Shown here: positions 50,220-62,988 of the stretch, piece after piece
How the letters are laid out: each line of letters begins with the position of its first letter
How positions within the stretch are numbered: position 1 is the first letter of the stretch
DNA from: Escherichia coli
Lineage (GTDB): Bacteria > Pseudomonadota > Gammaproteobacteria > Enterobacterales > Enterobacteriaceae
Reading direction: 5' to 3' (one strand)
Assembly (NCBI RefSeq): GCF_050320075.1
Contig: NZ_CP190018.1
DNA: 64,000 nt
Notes under the pieces: model-generated
What the model was told of the DNA's origin: nothing
Databases searched by the model: none
Seen by the model: only the letters and a program-made list of their open reading frames with translations
Translations under genes and position numbers: made by a program

Positions 50220-51272
50220 ATGACAGATATTGCGCAGTTGCTTGGCAAAGACGCCGACAACCTTTTACAGCACCGTTGTATGACTATTCCTTCTGACCAG
50301 CTTTATCTCCCCGGGCATGACTACGTAGACCGCGTGATGATTGACAATAATCGCCCGCCAGCGGTGTTACGTAATATGCAGACGTTGTACAACACTGGGC
50401 GTCTGGCTGGCACAGGATATCTTTCTATTCTGCCGGTTGACCAGGGCGTTGAGCACTCTGCCGGAGCTTCATTTGCTGCTAACCCGCTCTACTTTGACCC
50501 GAAAAACATTGTTGAACTGGCGATCGAAGCGGGCTGTAACTGTGTGGCGTCAACTTACGGCGTGCTGGCATCGGTATCGCGGCGTTACGCGCATCGCATT
50601 CCATTCCTCGTCAAACTTAATCACAACGAGACGCTAAGTTACCCGAATACCTACGATCAAACGCTGTATGCAAGCGTGGAGCAGGCCTTCAACATGGGCG
50701 CGGTGGCGGTTGGTGCGACTATCTATTTTGGTTCGGAAGAGTCACGTCGCCAGATTGAAGAAATTTCTGCGGCTTTTGAACGTGCGCACGAGCTGGGCAT
50801 GGTGACAGTGCTGTGGGCCTATTTGCGTAACTCCGCCTTTAAGAAAGATGGCGTTGATTACCATGTTTCCGCCGACCTGACCGGTCAGGCAAACCATCTG
50901 GCGGCGACCATAGGTGCAGATATCGTTAAACAAAAAATGGCGGAAAATAACGGCGGCTATAAAGCGATTAATTACGGTTATACCGACGATCGCGTGTACA
51001 GCAAGTTGACCAGCGAAAACCCGATTGATCTGGTGCGTTATCAGTTAGCTAACTGCTATATGGGCCGCGCAGGGTTGATAAACTCCGGCGGTGCTGCAGG
51101 CGGTGAAACTGACCTCAGCGATGCAGTGCGTACTGCGGTTATCAACAAACGCGCTGGCGGAATGGGGCTGATTCTTGGACGTAAGGCGTTCAAGAAATCG
51201 ATGGCTGACGGCGTGAAACTGATTAACGCCGTGCAGGACGTTTATCTCGATAGCAAAATTACTATCGCCTGA
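50220..51272 (+). CDS. fbaB: Class I fructose-bisphosphate aldolase
   Basis: ORF 50148..51272. Start at [10 protein letters not shown] gives 350 aa. Confidence 0.9.
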
Positions 51273-51279
51273 TACGCCT

Positions 51280-51350
51280 TATACGAACAGCACTACCCCG
51301 TATGACGGAAAAGGCGTTTACGTCGCATCCGGCATAAAAACACGCGCACT
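51280..51350. repeat. REP-like element downstream of fbaB
   Basis: gcctgatacgccttatacg ... cgtcgcatccggcat resembles REP palindromes. Confidence 0.5.
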
Positions 51351-51354
51351 TTGC

Positions 51355-51387
51355 TACGGCTTCCCTATCGGGAGGCCGTTTTTTTGT
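51355..51387 (+). terminator. Intrinsic terminator (fbaB)
   Basis: Hairpin ggcttccc-tatc-gggaggcc followed by gttttttt. Confidence 0.6.
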
Positions 51388-51389
51388 GC

Positions 51390-52095
51390 ACAGAAAACCC
51401 CCAGCTAGGCTGGGGGTTCCGGAAAGCTTTCAGCTTTGAGCCAGTTATTCAAACCCCTTTTGATTTGTTAAAACACCTTGCGGTCTGGCAACTGCAAGTG
51501 TCAAACAAGAAATCAAAAGGGGGTCCCAATGGGGGACGAAAAGAGCTTAGCGCACACCCGCTGGAACTGTAAATATCACATAGTTTTTGCGCCGAAATAC
51601 CGAAGACTGGCGTTTTACGGAGAGAAGCGTAGGGCGATAGGCAGTATTTTGAGAAAGCTGTGTGAGTGGAAAAGCGTACGGATTCTGGAAGCAGAGTGCC
51701 GCGCAGATCATATCCATATGCTTGTGGAAATCCCACCCAAAATGAGCGTATCCGGCTTTATGGGATATCTGAAAGGGAAAAGCAGTCTGATGCTTTACGA
51801 GCAGTTTGGGGATTTGAAATTCAAATACAGAAACAGGGAGTTCTGGTGCCGAGGGTACTATGTCGATACGGTGGGTAAGAACACGGCGAAGATACAGGAC
51901 TACATAAAGCACCAGCTTGAAGAGGATAAAATGGGGGAGCAGTTATCGATTCCATATCCGGGCAGCCCGTTTACGGGCCGTAAGTAACGAAGTTGAATGC
52001 AAATGTCAGATCGTATGCGCCTGTTAGGGCGCGGCTGGTAACAGAGCCTTACAGGCGCATTTGAAAAACCTCCGGCTATGCCGGAGGATATTTAT
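51390..52095 (+). mobile_element. IS200-family insertion sequence (boundaries approximate)
   Basis: Contains an IS200 TnpA gene. Left-end perfect hairpin aacccccagc-tag-gctgggggtt (51396-51418) and subterminal hairpins 52015-52060 and 52069-52090. About 0.7 kb, as expected for IS200. Confidence 0.75.
51529..51987 (+). CDS. tnpA: IS200 transposase TnpA (HUH/Y1 family)
   Basis: MGDEKSLAHTRWNCKYHIVFAPKYRR ... HIHMLVEIPPK (HuH motif), 152 aa. Near-identical to recalled Salmonella/E. coli IS200 TnpA. Confidence 0.9.
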   Translation: MGDEKSLAHTRWNCKYHIVFAPKYRRLAFYGEKRRAIGSILRKLCEWKSVRILEAECRADHIHMLVEIPPKMSVSGFMGYLKGKSSLMLYEQFGDLKFKYRNREFWCRGYYVDTVGKNTAKIQDYIKHQLEEDKMGEQLSIPYPGSPFTGRK

Positions 52096-52156
52096 TGCCT
52101 GTCATTCTGATTAATTTTCGAATTGTCGTTTTTGTGATCGTTATCTCGACATTTAA

Positions 52157-54356
<2,200 letters not shown>

Positions 54357-54365
54357 GGACGGTAT

Positions 54366-54818
54366 ATGACTAACCTGTTTGTTCGTAGCGGAATTTCTTT
54401 TGTCGATCGTAGCGAAGTTTTAACCCATATCGGTAATGAGATGCTCGCGAAAGGTGTGGTTCATGATACCTGGCCACAGGCATTAATTGCCAGAGAAGCA
54501 GAATTCCCTACCGGGATAATGCTTGAGCAGCACGCCATTGCAATACCGCATTGTGAGGCGATTCATGCTAAGTCGTCAGCCATTTATCTGTTAAGGCCAA
54601 CAAATAAAGTTCATTTTCAGCAAGCGGATGATGATAACGACGTGGCGGTATCGTTGGTTATTGCGTTAATTGTGGAAAATCCGCAGCAGCAATTGAAACT
54701 TTTACGCTGTTTATTTGGCAAGTTACAACAGCCCGAGATCGTCGAGACACTAATCACTCTTCCTGAAACCCAGTTAAAGGAATACTTCACAAAGTATGTT
54801 TTAGATTCAGACGAATAA
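54366..54818 (+). CDS. gatA: Galactitol PTS EIIA
   Basis: 150 aa PTS EIIA-type. Confidence 0.85.
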   Translation: MTNLFVRSGISFVDRSEVLTHIGNEMLAKGVVHDTWPQALIAREAEFPTGIMLEQHAIAIPHCEAIHAKSSAIYLLRPTNKVHFQQADDDNDVAVSLVIALIVENPQQQLKLLRCLFGKLQQPEIVETLITLPETQLKEYFTKYVLDSDE

Positions 54819-54848
54819 ATCCCTCTGTAACAATAAAAAGGACTATTT

Positions 54849-55133
54849 ATGAAACGCAAGATTATTGTCGCTTGCGGAGGCGCGGTTGCGACCTCCACGA
54901 TGGCGGCGGAAGAAATTAAAGAGTTGTGTCAGAGTCATAATATTCCTGTTGAATTAATCCAGTGTCGGGTTAATGAAATAGAAACCTATATGGATGGCGT
55001 GCATTTGATATGTACTACCGCCAAAGTTGACCGTAGTTTTGGCGATATTCCGTTAGTTCACGGCATGCCTTTTGTTTCTGGTGTCGGTATCGAAGCATTA
55101 CAAAATAAAATTCTGACTATCTTACAGGGGTGA
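54849..55133 (+). CDS. gatB: Galactitol PTS EIIB
   Basis: 94 aa with Cys near N-terminus ([11 protein letters not shown]). Confidence 0.85.
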   Translation: MKRKIIVACGGAVATSTMAAEEIKELCQSHNIPVELIQCRVNEIETYMDGVHLICTTAKVDRSFGDIPLVHGMPFVSGVGIEALQNKILTILQG

Positions 55134-55136
55134 CCT

Positions 55137-56492
55137 ATGTTTTCAGAAGTCATGCGTTATATTCTCGACCTCGGCCCTACGGTGATGCTGCCGATTGTCA
55201 TCATTATTTTTTCTAAAATATTAGGCATGAAGGCAGGCGATTGCTTTAAAGCGGGTCTGCATATCGGGATTGGCTTTGTTGGCATTGGCCTTGTGATTGG
55301 CTTAATGCTGGATTCCATTGGCCCGGCGGCGAAAGCGATGGCGGAAAATTTCGACCTGAATCTGCATGTGGTCGATGTCGGTTGGCCGGGCTCTTCACCA
55401 ATGACCTGGGCGTCGCAAATTGCGCTGGTGGCGATTCCGATTGCGATTCTGGTTAACGTGGCGATGCTACTGACCCGTATGACGCGGGTGGTAAATGTTG
55501 ATATCTGGAATATCTGGCATATGACCTTCACCGGCGCGTTGCTGCATCTGGCAACCGGTTCATGGATGATAGGGATGGCGGGTGTGGTAATTCACGCGGC
55601 GTTTGTTTATAAGCTCGGCGACTGGTTTGCCCACGATACCCGAAATTTCTTTGAGCTGGAAGGCATTGCTATTCCGCACGGTACGTCGGCGTATCTGGGG
55701 CCAATTGCGGTGCTGGTGGATGCTATCATCGAGAAAATCCCAGGCGTTAACCGTATTAAATTTAGCGCCGACGATATTCAGCGCAAATTTGGCCCATTTG
55801 GCGAACCTGTCACCGTGGGCTTTGTGATGGGGCTGATTATCGGCATCCTCGCGGGTTACGATGTCAAAGGTGTATTGCAGCTGGCGGTAAAAACGGCGGC
55901 AGTTATGCTGCTGATGCCACGGGTGATTAAACCTATCATGGATGGTTTAACGCCCATCGCTAAGCAGGCCCGTAGTCGTTTACAGGCGAAGTTCGGCGGT
56001 CAGGAGTTCCTGATTGGCCTTGATCCGGCGTTGCTGCTGGGGCATACGGCGGTGGTATCGGCAAGCCTGATTTTTATCCCGCTCACCATTTTAATTGCTG
56101 TTTGTGTTCCGGGTAATCAGGTACTGCCGTTTGGCGATCTTGCCACCATCGGCTTCTTTGTGGCGATGGCAGTTGCCGTGCATCGTGGAAATCTGTTCCG
56201 CACCTTAATCTCGGGTGTCATCATTATGAGCATCACCCTGTGGATCGCGACGCAAACTATTGGTTTGCACACCCAACTGGCGGCTAATGCTGGGGCGTTA
56301 AAAGCCGGGGGTATGGTGGCTTCAATGGATCAGGGCGGTTCTCCCATTACCTGGTTACTGATTCAGGTTTTCTCCCCGCAAAATATTCCCGGTTTCATTA
56401 TTATCGGCGCAATTTATCTGACCGGTATTTTCATGACCTGGCGTAGAGCGCGCGGCTTTATTAAACAAGAGAAAGCCGTTCTCGCAGAATAA
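55137..56492 (+). CDS. gatC: Galactitol PTS EIIC permease
   Basis: 451 aa polytopic membrane protein. Confidence 0.9.
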   Translation: MFSEVMRYILDLGPTVMLPIVIIIFSKILGMKAGDCFKAGLHIGIGFVGIGLVIGLMLDSIGPAAKAMAENFDLNLHVVDVGWPGSSPMTWASQIALVAIPIAILVNVAMLLTRMTRVVNVDIWNIWHMTFTGALLHLATGSWMIGMAGVVIHAAFVYKLGDWFAHDTRNFFELEGIAIPHGTSAYLGPIAVLVDAIIEKIPGVNRIKFSADDIQRKFGPFGEPVTVGFVMGLIIGILAGYDVKGVLQLAVKTAAVMLLMPRVIKPIMDGLTPIAKQARSRLQAKFGGQEFLIGLDPALLLGHTAVVSASLIFIPLTILIAVCVPGNQVLPFGDLATIGFFVAMAVAVHRGNLFRTLISGVIIMSITLWIATQTIGLHTQLAANAGALKAGGMVASMDQGGSPITWLLIQVFSPQNIPGFIIIGAIYLTGIFMTWRRARGFIKQEKAVLAE

Positions 56493-56539
56493 TTTTTACC
56501 TGAGGGGGAGGTAATCCCCCTTAACAATCAGGAGTTTTT

Positions 56540-57580
56540 ATGAAATCAGTGGTGAATGATACTGATGGTATCGTGCGCATTGCAGAAAGCGTCATTCCTG
56601 AAATTAAACATCAGGATGAGGTACGGGTAAAAATTGCCAGCTCGGGCTTATGTGGTTCCGATTTACCCAGGATATTTAAAAATGGTGCACATTATTATCC
56701 AATAACGTTAGGCCATGAATTTAGCGGCTATATTGATGCGGTGGGATCCGGTGTTGATGATTTACACCCTGGCGATGCGGTTGCCTGTGTGCCGTTATTA
56801 CCCTGTTTTACTTGTCCAGAGTGTTTGAAAGGGTTTTATTCCCAGTGCGCAAAATATGATTTTATTGGCTCGCGGCGTGATGGTGGATTTGCTGAATATA
56901 TTGTCGTTAAGCGAAAAAATGTCTTTGCTCTACCCACGGATATGTCTATTGAGGATGGGGCTTTTATTGAGCCGATTACCGTTGGCCTGCATGCTTTTCA
57001 TTTAGCGCAAGGTTGTGAGAATAAAAACGTTATTATTATTGGTGCCGGAACCATTGGCCTGCTGGCTATTCAGTGCGCTGTCGCGCTGGGAGCAAAGAGT
57101 GTGACGGCTATCGACATTAGCTCAGAAAAACTGGCACTGGCAAAATCTTTCGGGGCGATGCTAACATTTAACAGCCTTGAAATGAGCGCGCCGCAAATGC
57201 AGGGCGTTTTACGCGAGCTGCGCTTTAATCAGCTTATCCTCGAGACGGCTGGTGTCCCGAAAACCGTCGAACTGGCGGTAGAGATTGCCGGGCCTCATGC
57301 CCAGCTGGCGCTGGTGGGCACGTTGCATCAGGATCTGCATTTAACATCGACAACGTTTGGCAAAATATTACGTAAAGAGCTGACGGTTATCGGCAGCTGG
57401 ATGAACTACTCCAGCCCTTGGCCGGGGCAGGAGTGGGAAACGGCGAGCCGGTTGCTGACAGAACGTAAGTTAAGCCTGGAGCCATTAATCGCTCACCGTG
57501 GAAGCTTTGAAAGCTTCGCCCAGGCGGTGCGTGACATCGCTCGTAATGCTATGCCGGGCAAAGTGTTGCTCATTCCCTGA
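56540..57580 (+). CDS. gatD: Galactitol-1-phosphate 5-dehydrogenase (Zn-dependent MDR)
   Basis: 346 aa. Zn-ADH motifs (GHEFSG, GAGTIG). Confidence 0.9.
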   Translation: MKSVVNDTDGIVRIAESVIPEIKHQDEVRVKIASSGLCGSDLPRIFKNGAHYYPITLGHEFSGYIDAVGSGVDDLHPGDAVACVPLLPCFTCPECLKGFYSQCAKYDFIGSRRDGGFAEYIVVKRKNVFALPTDMSIEDGAFIEPITVGLHAFHLAQGCENKNVIIIGAGTIGLLAIQCAVALGAKSVTAIDISSEKLALAKSFGAMLTFNSLEMSAPQMQGVLRELRFNQLILETAGVPKTVELAVEIAGPHAQLALVGTLHQDLHLTSTTFGKILRKELTVIGSWMNYSSPWPGQEWETASRLLTERKLSLEPLIAHRGSFESFAQAVRDIARNAMPGKVLLIP

Positions 57581-57679
57581 AACCGCGGGCCAGCGTGATG
57601 CTGGCCCGGTATTGTGCAAAACAGATCATTCACCAATGGTCCCCCTTCGTTTACACTAGCCACAATTGAATATGGGTAA

Positions 57680-58459
57680 ATGACGATGAATTCATTCGAG
57701 CGAAGGAATAAGATCATCCAATTAGTGAATGAACAGGGAACCGTGCTTGTTCAGGATCTGGCGGGAGTATTTGCTGCCTCGGAAGCGACAATCCGTGCCG
57801 ATTTGCGCTTTCTCGAACAAAAAGGCGTGGTTACGCGCTTTCATGGCGGTGCGGCGAAAATAATGTCCGGTAATAGTGAAACCGAGACCCAGGAAGTTGG
57901 GTTTAAAGAGCGATTTCAGCTCGCCAGCGCGCCAAAAAACAGAATAGCGCAGGCGGCAGTCAAAATGATCCACGAAGGGATGACCGTTATTCTCGACAGC
58001 GGAAGTACGACAATGCTTATCGCCGAAGGATTAATGACCGCCAAAAATATCACGGTGATTACCAACAGTCTCCCGGCAGCATTTGCCCTTTCCGAAAATA
58101 AAGACATTACTCTGGTCGTCTGTGGTGGGACCGTCCGCCATAAAACACGCTCGATGCATGGTTCCATTGCCGAGCGTTCATTGCAGGATATTAATGCCGA
58201 TTTAATGTTTGTCGGTGCTGATGGTATTGATGCGGTTAATGGTATTACGACCTTTAATGAAGGTTATTCGATTAGCGGGGCGATGGTTACAGCCGCAAAT
58301 AAAGTGATTGCCGTTCTCGATTCATCGAAATTTAATCGTCGCGGTTTTAATCAGGTACTGCCAATCGAAAAAATTGACATTATTATTACCGATGATGCCG
58401 TGTCAGAGGTGGATAAACTGGCATTGCAGAAGACACGGGTGAAATTAATTACGGTGTAG
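57680..58459 (+). CDS. gatR: DeoR-family repressor of the gat operon, apparently intact
   Basis: 259 aa uninterrupted ORF with DeoR HTH and sugar-binding domain. In K-12, as I recall, this gene is split by an IS element. Confidence 0.8.
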   Translation: MTMNSFERRNKIIQLVNEQGTVLVQDLAGVFAASEATIRADLRFLEQKGVVTRFHGGAAKIMSGNSETETQEVGFKERFQLASAPKNRIAQAAVKMIHEGMTVILDSGSTTMLIAEGLMTAKNITVITNSLPAAFALSENKDITLVVCGGTVRHKTRSMHGSIAERSLQDINADLMFVGADGIDAVNGITTFNEGYSISGAMVTAANKVIAVLDSSKFNRRGFNQVLPIEKIDIIITDDAVSEVDKLALQKTRVKLITV

Positions 58460-58464
58460 TATTG

Positions 58465-58510
58465 CTCTGTATGCCGGATAAAGTTTTTACACCGCATCCG
58501 GCATTACGGA
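58465..58510. repeat. REP-like palindrome between gatR and yegS
   Basis: atgccggataaag...acaccgcatccggcat inverted repeat. Confidence 0.5.
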
Positions 58511-58540
58511 TTCTCCCTGGTTCAAGAGAGAATAGTGTGA

Positions 58541-59440
58541 TTAACGCAACAATGGGCAATCTGGTGGTAATCGACAACGCAACGCCGCCGGAAGTATTTC
58601 AATATGAAAGTTTTGTCCGCTCAACGGTTCGCCATCAAGATTAAAAGTGATTTCGTGTGGGGCTTGTATATCAAACCACGACGAAGCGCCTTCGATAATA
58701 TTCGGGTTATCTTCGTCAGATTTTAATGTTGATACGAGAGCCGGAAGAATTTCATCGCCGGTAAAAATGCGCAGTTGCAGCAAGCCATCGTTAATTAACG
58801 CGTTCGGGCACAATTGCTGACCGCCACCGGCCTGACGCCCGTTACCAATACCAATGACCAGGGCGTCACCTTGCCAGTGAAAGTTTTCACCGCGGATTTC
58901 ACAACGGTCCGGTTGCAGAGTATCCATACGCATTAAGCCATGAATGATGTAAGAGACGCTACCCAGCGCGGCTTTTAATTTTTCCGGCGTTTCTGTGGTA
59001 ATACGCGTCCCAAATCCGCCTGTCGCCATATTAATAAAACAGGTTTGTTTGTTGACCTGCGCCATATCTATCGCAATGGCGTCACCGGCAATTGCCAGTT
59101 TCAGCGCCTTATCCAGTGCCTCAGGAATCCCTACACTGGTGGCAAAATCATTGGCGGTTCCTAATGGCAAAATTCCCAGCGCGGGTATGTCATCCCCCTC
59201 ACACTGAATCAACGCCGTAGAAACTTCATTAATGGTGCCATCGCCACCACCGGCAATCACCGTTGCGACGCCCAACTTCCGGGCCTCCTCTACATATCGT
59301 GCGGCATCGCCTTTCTCCCAGGTGACCCGCACATGGATCGTCATTCCTTCCTCACGCAACAGCATAATTGCTTCGCGCAAGGGTAGATTGTCAGTACTTT
59401 TGCCATTAAGAATCAGTAAGCTGGCGGGAAATTCTGCCAT
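58541..59440 (-). CDS. yegS: Lipid kinase (DAGK_cat family)
   Basis: 299 aa. Diacylglycerol-kinase catalytic domain motifs (GGDGT). Confidence 0.85.
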   Translation of the reverse strand: MAEFPASLLILNGKSTDNLPLREAIMLLREEGMTIHVRVTWEKGDAARYVEEARKLGVATVIAGGGDGTINEVSTALIQCEGDDIPALGILPLGTANDFATSVGIPEALDKALKLAIAGDAIAIDMAQVNKQTCFINMATGGFGTRITTETPEKLKAALGSVSYIIHGLMRMDTLQPDRCEIRGENFHWQGDALVIGIGNGRQAGGGQQLCPNALINDGLLQLRIFTGDEILPALVSTLKSDEDNPNIIEGASSWFDIQAPHEITFNLDGEPLSGQNFHIEILPAALRCRLPPDCPLLR

Positions 59441-59845
59441 GATCGTATGTGCCTTTATGATTGGTCTGTAGATAGTGTAGAGCAGAAAACAAAAGGTGGA
59501 GTCAGAACAGGATGAAAGTCGGAGGATAAAAAGTCAGTTCAAGTATGGAGGATTCAGTGGTTACCACCAGGAGCTTGCAATGGGGACAGCGAATACTAAC
59601 GGCTGCCACCGATAAATTTCAAAAAAGAGCATATACCTAATATTCAACTAAACAGTGGCATCTTCAATATAATATATTAAAGCCCCCATGGAGTTACCCT
59701 GAAGGGCCTCAATGTCCGTAATTCCTACTTATGTAGGAAATGTTGTACAGAACATTTATTATAATCCTATTCAATTATAATAATCATGCCATTATTATAT
59801 TTAAACACTAGAGAGTGTCGTTGGTATTTAATGGGGGAAGGTGAG

Positions 59846-60163
59846 ATGAAAAAGATAGCTGCTATATCATTAATTAGTATTTTTATTATGTCTGGTTGTG
59901 CTGTGCATAATGATGAGACAAGTATCGGTAAATTTGGTCTTGCATATAAAAGTAATATTCAGCGTAAACTCGATAACCAATACTACACCGAAGCCGAAGC
60001 TTCTTTAGCCAGGGGTAGAATATCTGGTGCAGAAAATATAGTAAAAAATGATGCAACTCATTTCTGTGTTACTCAGGGCAAAAAAATGCAAATAGTTGAG
60101 CTGAAGACAGAAGGTGTAGGATTACATGGTGTCGCTCGTCTGACATTCAAATGTGGAGAGTGA
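59846..60163 (+). CDS. yegR: Small lipoprotein YegR
   Basis: ORF 59786..60163. Start at MKKIAAISLISIFIMSGC (lipobox) gives 105 aa. Confidence 0.7.
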   Translation: MKKIAAISLISIFIMSGCAVHNDETSIGKFGLAYKSNIQRKLDNQYYTEAEASLARGRISGAENIVKNDATHFCVTQGKKMQIVELKTEGVGLHGVARLTFKCGE

Positions 60164-60322
60164 GAATATTTTTTGGTAAGCGTCAAATATGCGCGTTCTG
60201 GCTGTGCGTAGCCGGAACCTGTGGGAGCACGATGCCGATAAGTGAAAGGCATCGTGCTATGAAGGAGGATTCTATCGATGTGGTCAATGGAAGACGGTTA
60301 CCAGAGATAGGGCTTATGCATA

Positions 60323-60349
60323 AAAAAATAAGCCCGTGTAAGGGAGATT
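60323..60349. repeat. P2-type attachment-site core (attL)
   Basis: aaaaaataagcccgtgtaagggagatt matches the 27-bp P2 att core as I recall it. Lies ~80 bp from the integrase stop. Confidence 0.65.
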
Positions 60350-60428
60350 TAGGGTGTCACCAGTAGGGGCTTTCAACGGTACAATGCGGGTTTGAGCGGC
60401 ATAAATTACCACTGAAAGCCCTTAAACG

Positions 60429-61442
60429 TTACTCTACTGTGGACACTGTGTGGACACTCTCGACCTCAGTACCACCTCTTAGCGGATTAAGAGAAATGGC
60501 GTCCTGAAGGTACTCTGGCGCAAAATGAGCGTAAACCATAGTTTGCTCAATCCGCGTGTGACCTAGTATCCGTTGTAGCGTGATAATACTTCCTCCATTA
60601 ATCATGAAATGAGTGGCAAAGCTGTGCCTTAGTGCATGTGTAGCTTGCCCCATTGGCAAATCCGGTTTTATTGCTTTCATTGTTCGTCTGAAGCGAGGGT
60701 AATCAGCATCAGGGAATAAAAAACCTCGTTTGTTATCCGCGATCATTTTGGCAACAGCCTCTGAGATCGGGACGGTGCGTGGTTTGTTTGTTTTCGTTTT
60801 AACAAACGTGACGCGGTTATGGATGATATTTTCTGCTTTCAAACGAGCTGCTTCTCCCCAACGTGCTCCAGTACTCAGGCAAAGAATCGCAATCTTTTTG
60901 TTGTCGCCGTCAAGAGCAGCAAGCAGTAAGGCAATTTCTTCCTGCGTGAGATAGCCTGTGTCTGGTTTTTCCTCCTTAAGCCTTTTTGTCCCTCTGATAG
61001 GGTGCTCACCAAAGAATAACTCCGCTTCAATCAGGGCTGTAAACATGCCGCTAATACATGTTAAATCACGATTGATACTCGAAGGTTTAATACCCTGACT
61101 TCTTCGGGTGGCGCAGTACTGGCTGATAAGCGATTTCGTAATTTGAAATGCGCATGGGTCATTCGTTATTTTTGTGAAGATTTCAATTTTCCCAAGATTA
61201 GATTTCCCATGCTCTTCGTGTTTACCCTTTAAATCCCACCAGATCTGTGTCAGCTCCGACAGACGTCGCTTGTCTGTTGGTTTTGATAGCCATTCTTTAT
61301 TGTGGTGGTTGTACAACGTGTATTTCTCGAAAGCGACAGCTTCGCTTTTCTTATCAAACTTCCTACGGATGCGTTTTCCATTACGTCCAGTAGGGCGGAT
61401 GTCCACTTCATATCGACCATCATCGAGTTTTTTGATTGCCAT
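60429..61442 (-). CDS. int: P2-type tyrosine integrase
   Basis: 337 aa. Catalytic R..HxxR..Y region (HALRHSFATHF, MVYAHF). Confidence 0.9.
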   Translation of the reverse strand: MAIKKLDDGRYEVDIRPTGRNGKRIRRKFDKKSEAVAFEKYTLYNHHNKEWLSKPTDKRRLSELTQIWWDLKGKHEEHGKSNLGKIEIFTKITNDPCAFQITKSLISQYCATRRSQGIKPSSINRDLTCISGMFTALIEAELFFGEHPIRGTKRLKEEKPDTGYLTQEEIALLLAALDGDNKKIAILCLSTGARWGEAARLKAENIIHNRVTFVKTKTNKPRTVPISEAVAKMIADNKRGFLFPDADYPRFRRTMKAIKPDLPMGQATHALRHSFATHFMINGGSIITLQRILGHTRIEQTMVYAHFAPEYLQDAISLNPLRGGTEVESVHTVSTVE

Positions 61443-61557
61443 CAGAAAACCCTCCGAGTGGTGTGTTTTTTTGCGACTACTAATCGCTTTTTTCGTGGTG
61501 GCTGAAATTTAGCCACCAATAGTAGGCACTTGTGATGAATATATTCACGATGAATTG

Positions 61558-61857
61558 TTAACCAGTCTTTTGACCGGAGTGGGGCGACGTTGTTTCGTTT
61601 TGCCCAAAGTGTGCGAGAGCGGGCGCAATTTGCCCGGACTCAGGAGCGATCTGATTGGTCATGAACCATAAAGTGTATTTGGTGAATTGTGGGGTCTGCA
61701 GGATGTTCATCATGACATCTGTTGGAGGTGTTGAACGACCACTTTCATAGTAACTCAGCGTGCCATACGGAACCCCTGTTAAATCAGCAAGTTGTTGTCT
61801 GCTCAAATACTCTGATTTTCGCATTAAGACTATCTTCTCGCTTATCGTGTTTGACAT
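61558..61857 (-). CDS. C: P2-type immunity repressor C
   Basis: 99 aa. HTH (LSRQQLADLTGVPYGTLSYYESG). Divergent from cox. Confidence 0.85.
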   Translation of the reverse strand: MSNTISEKIVLMRKSEYLSRQQLADLTGVPYGTLSYYESGRSTPPTDVMMNILQTPQFTKYTLWFMTNQIAPESGQIAPALAHFGQNETTSPHSGQKTG

Positions 61858-61971
61858 GGTGTTTAGATCTCAATAGTATTTAGTTTAGATGTAGATTGTT
61901 TAGTGCTTGGATGTGGGCACTAAAAGGCATTATAAGACATTAAACGCAATTCATGAGGGCTAGAGGACGAC
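61858..61971. promoter_or_regulatory. Pe/Pc lysis-lysogeny switch region with direct-repeat operators
   Basis: Intergenic region between divergent C and cox with direct repeats tttagat (61862, 61884) and face-to-face promoters expected for P2. Confidence 0.55.
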
Positions 61972-62247
61972 ATGAGCAAGCAAGTAACACTCATGACTGA
62001 TGCGATTCCTTATCAGGAGTTCGCAAAACTAATAGGAAAATCGACAGGAGCGGTTCGTCGGATGATCGATAAAGGAAAGCTGCCTGTAATTAATATGACC
62101 GATCCACAATCAGCTTCAGGTCGTGCAGGTGAATATTGGGTATACCTTCCGGCATGGAATAACGGACTAAAACTGGCTTATGAAAGCCGCCCTAAAGAGA
62201 TTCGTGACGGCTGGTTGATGTGGTTAGGTCTCGGTGAACCACGTTAA
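61972..62247 (+). CDS. cox: P2-type Cox excisionase/repressor
   Basis: 91 aa, first gene of the early operon. Confidence 0.85.
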   Translation: MSKQVTLMTDAIPYQEFAKLIGKSTGAVRRMIDKGKLPVINMTDPQSASGRAGEYWVYLPAWNNGLKLAYESRPKEIRDGWLMWLGLGEPR

Positions 62248-62428
62248 GGAGAACCGTATGAATGAGCCTCGTTGTATTGCTCAGTTACTGCGTAACGAAA
62301 GCCCCAGGGCGATTGACTTCACCATCACCCACGGTAAGGGGCGTAAGGGAATCATTATCCGCACCAAAAAACAGAGTCCGTTAAAAAAGGCTCTGACCTT
62401 TCTGAAAAGCCGGAGGGTATGGAAATGA
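62234..62428 (+). CDS. P2 early small protein (orf78-like)
   Basis: 64-aa ORF overlapping the cox end. Position in early operon. Confidence 0.5.
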   Translation: MNHVKENRMNEPRCIAQLLRNESPRAIDFTITHGKGRKGIIIRTKKQSPLKKALTFLKSRRVWK

Positions 62429-62925
62429 CAGTGATGACGCTCAATCTCGTTGAAAAACAGCCAGCAGCTATGCGCCGGATAATTGGCAAGCATCTTGCCG
62501 TCCCTCGCTGGCAGGATACATGTGATTATTATAATCAGATGATGGAGCGCGAACGGCTAACGGTTTGCTTTCATGCACAGTTAAAACAGCGTCACGCAAC
62601 GATGCGTTTTGAAGAAATGAACGACGTCGAACGTGAACGGCTGGTTTGTGCAATTGATGAATTGCGTGGGGCATTCTCAAAACGCCGTCAGGTCGGTGCA
62701 AGTGAGTATGCATATATTAGTTTTTTAACAGTCAGCCAGCGACGTACTTTATTTATGCACGCACGACTGACAGAAAAAGAATTCAACCAGCCGTACTGGC
62801 GAATTAATGAAGAATCATGTTACTGGCGTGATGCTTTATTCCGTGCATTACGTGAATTATTCAGTCTGTTTGAGTATGCACCGACAATTCTGACGTCGGT
62901 AAAACCAGAGCAATATCTGCATTAA
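62419..62925 (+). CDS. B: P2-type replication protein B
   Basis: 168 aa. Position and size match P2 B. Confidence 0.75.
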   Translation: MEMTVMTLNLVEKQPAAMRRIIGKHLAVPRWQDTCDYYNQMMERERLTVCFHAQLKQRHATMRFEEMNDVERERLVCAIDELRGAFSKRRQVGASEYAYISFLTVSQRRTLFMHARLTEKEFNQPYWRINEESCYWRDALFRALRELFSLFEYAPTILTSVKPEQYLH

Positions 62926-62988
62926 ATAATTAACCAGATTTTTTAACGCACTTAATCGTGCGGGGCTTCTTTTTGCCTGGAGAAAGTC

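Noticed and set aside
51666-51912. ORFs overlapping IS200 tnpA in other frames (70 aa on the plus strand, 121 aa on the minus strand)
   Set aside because: They lie wholly inside the well-conserved TnpA coding sequence. IS200 is known to encode a single protein.
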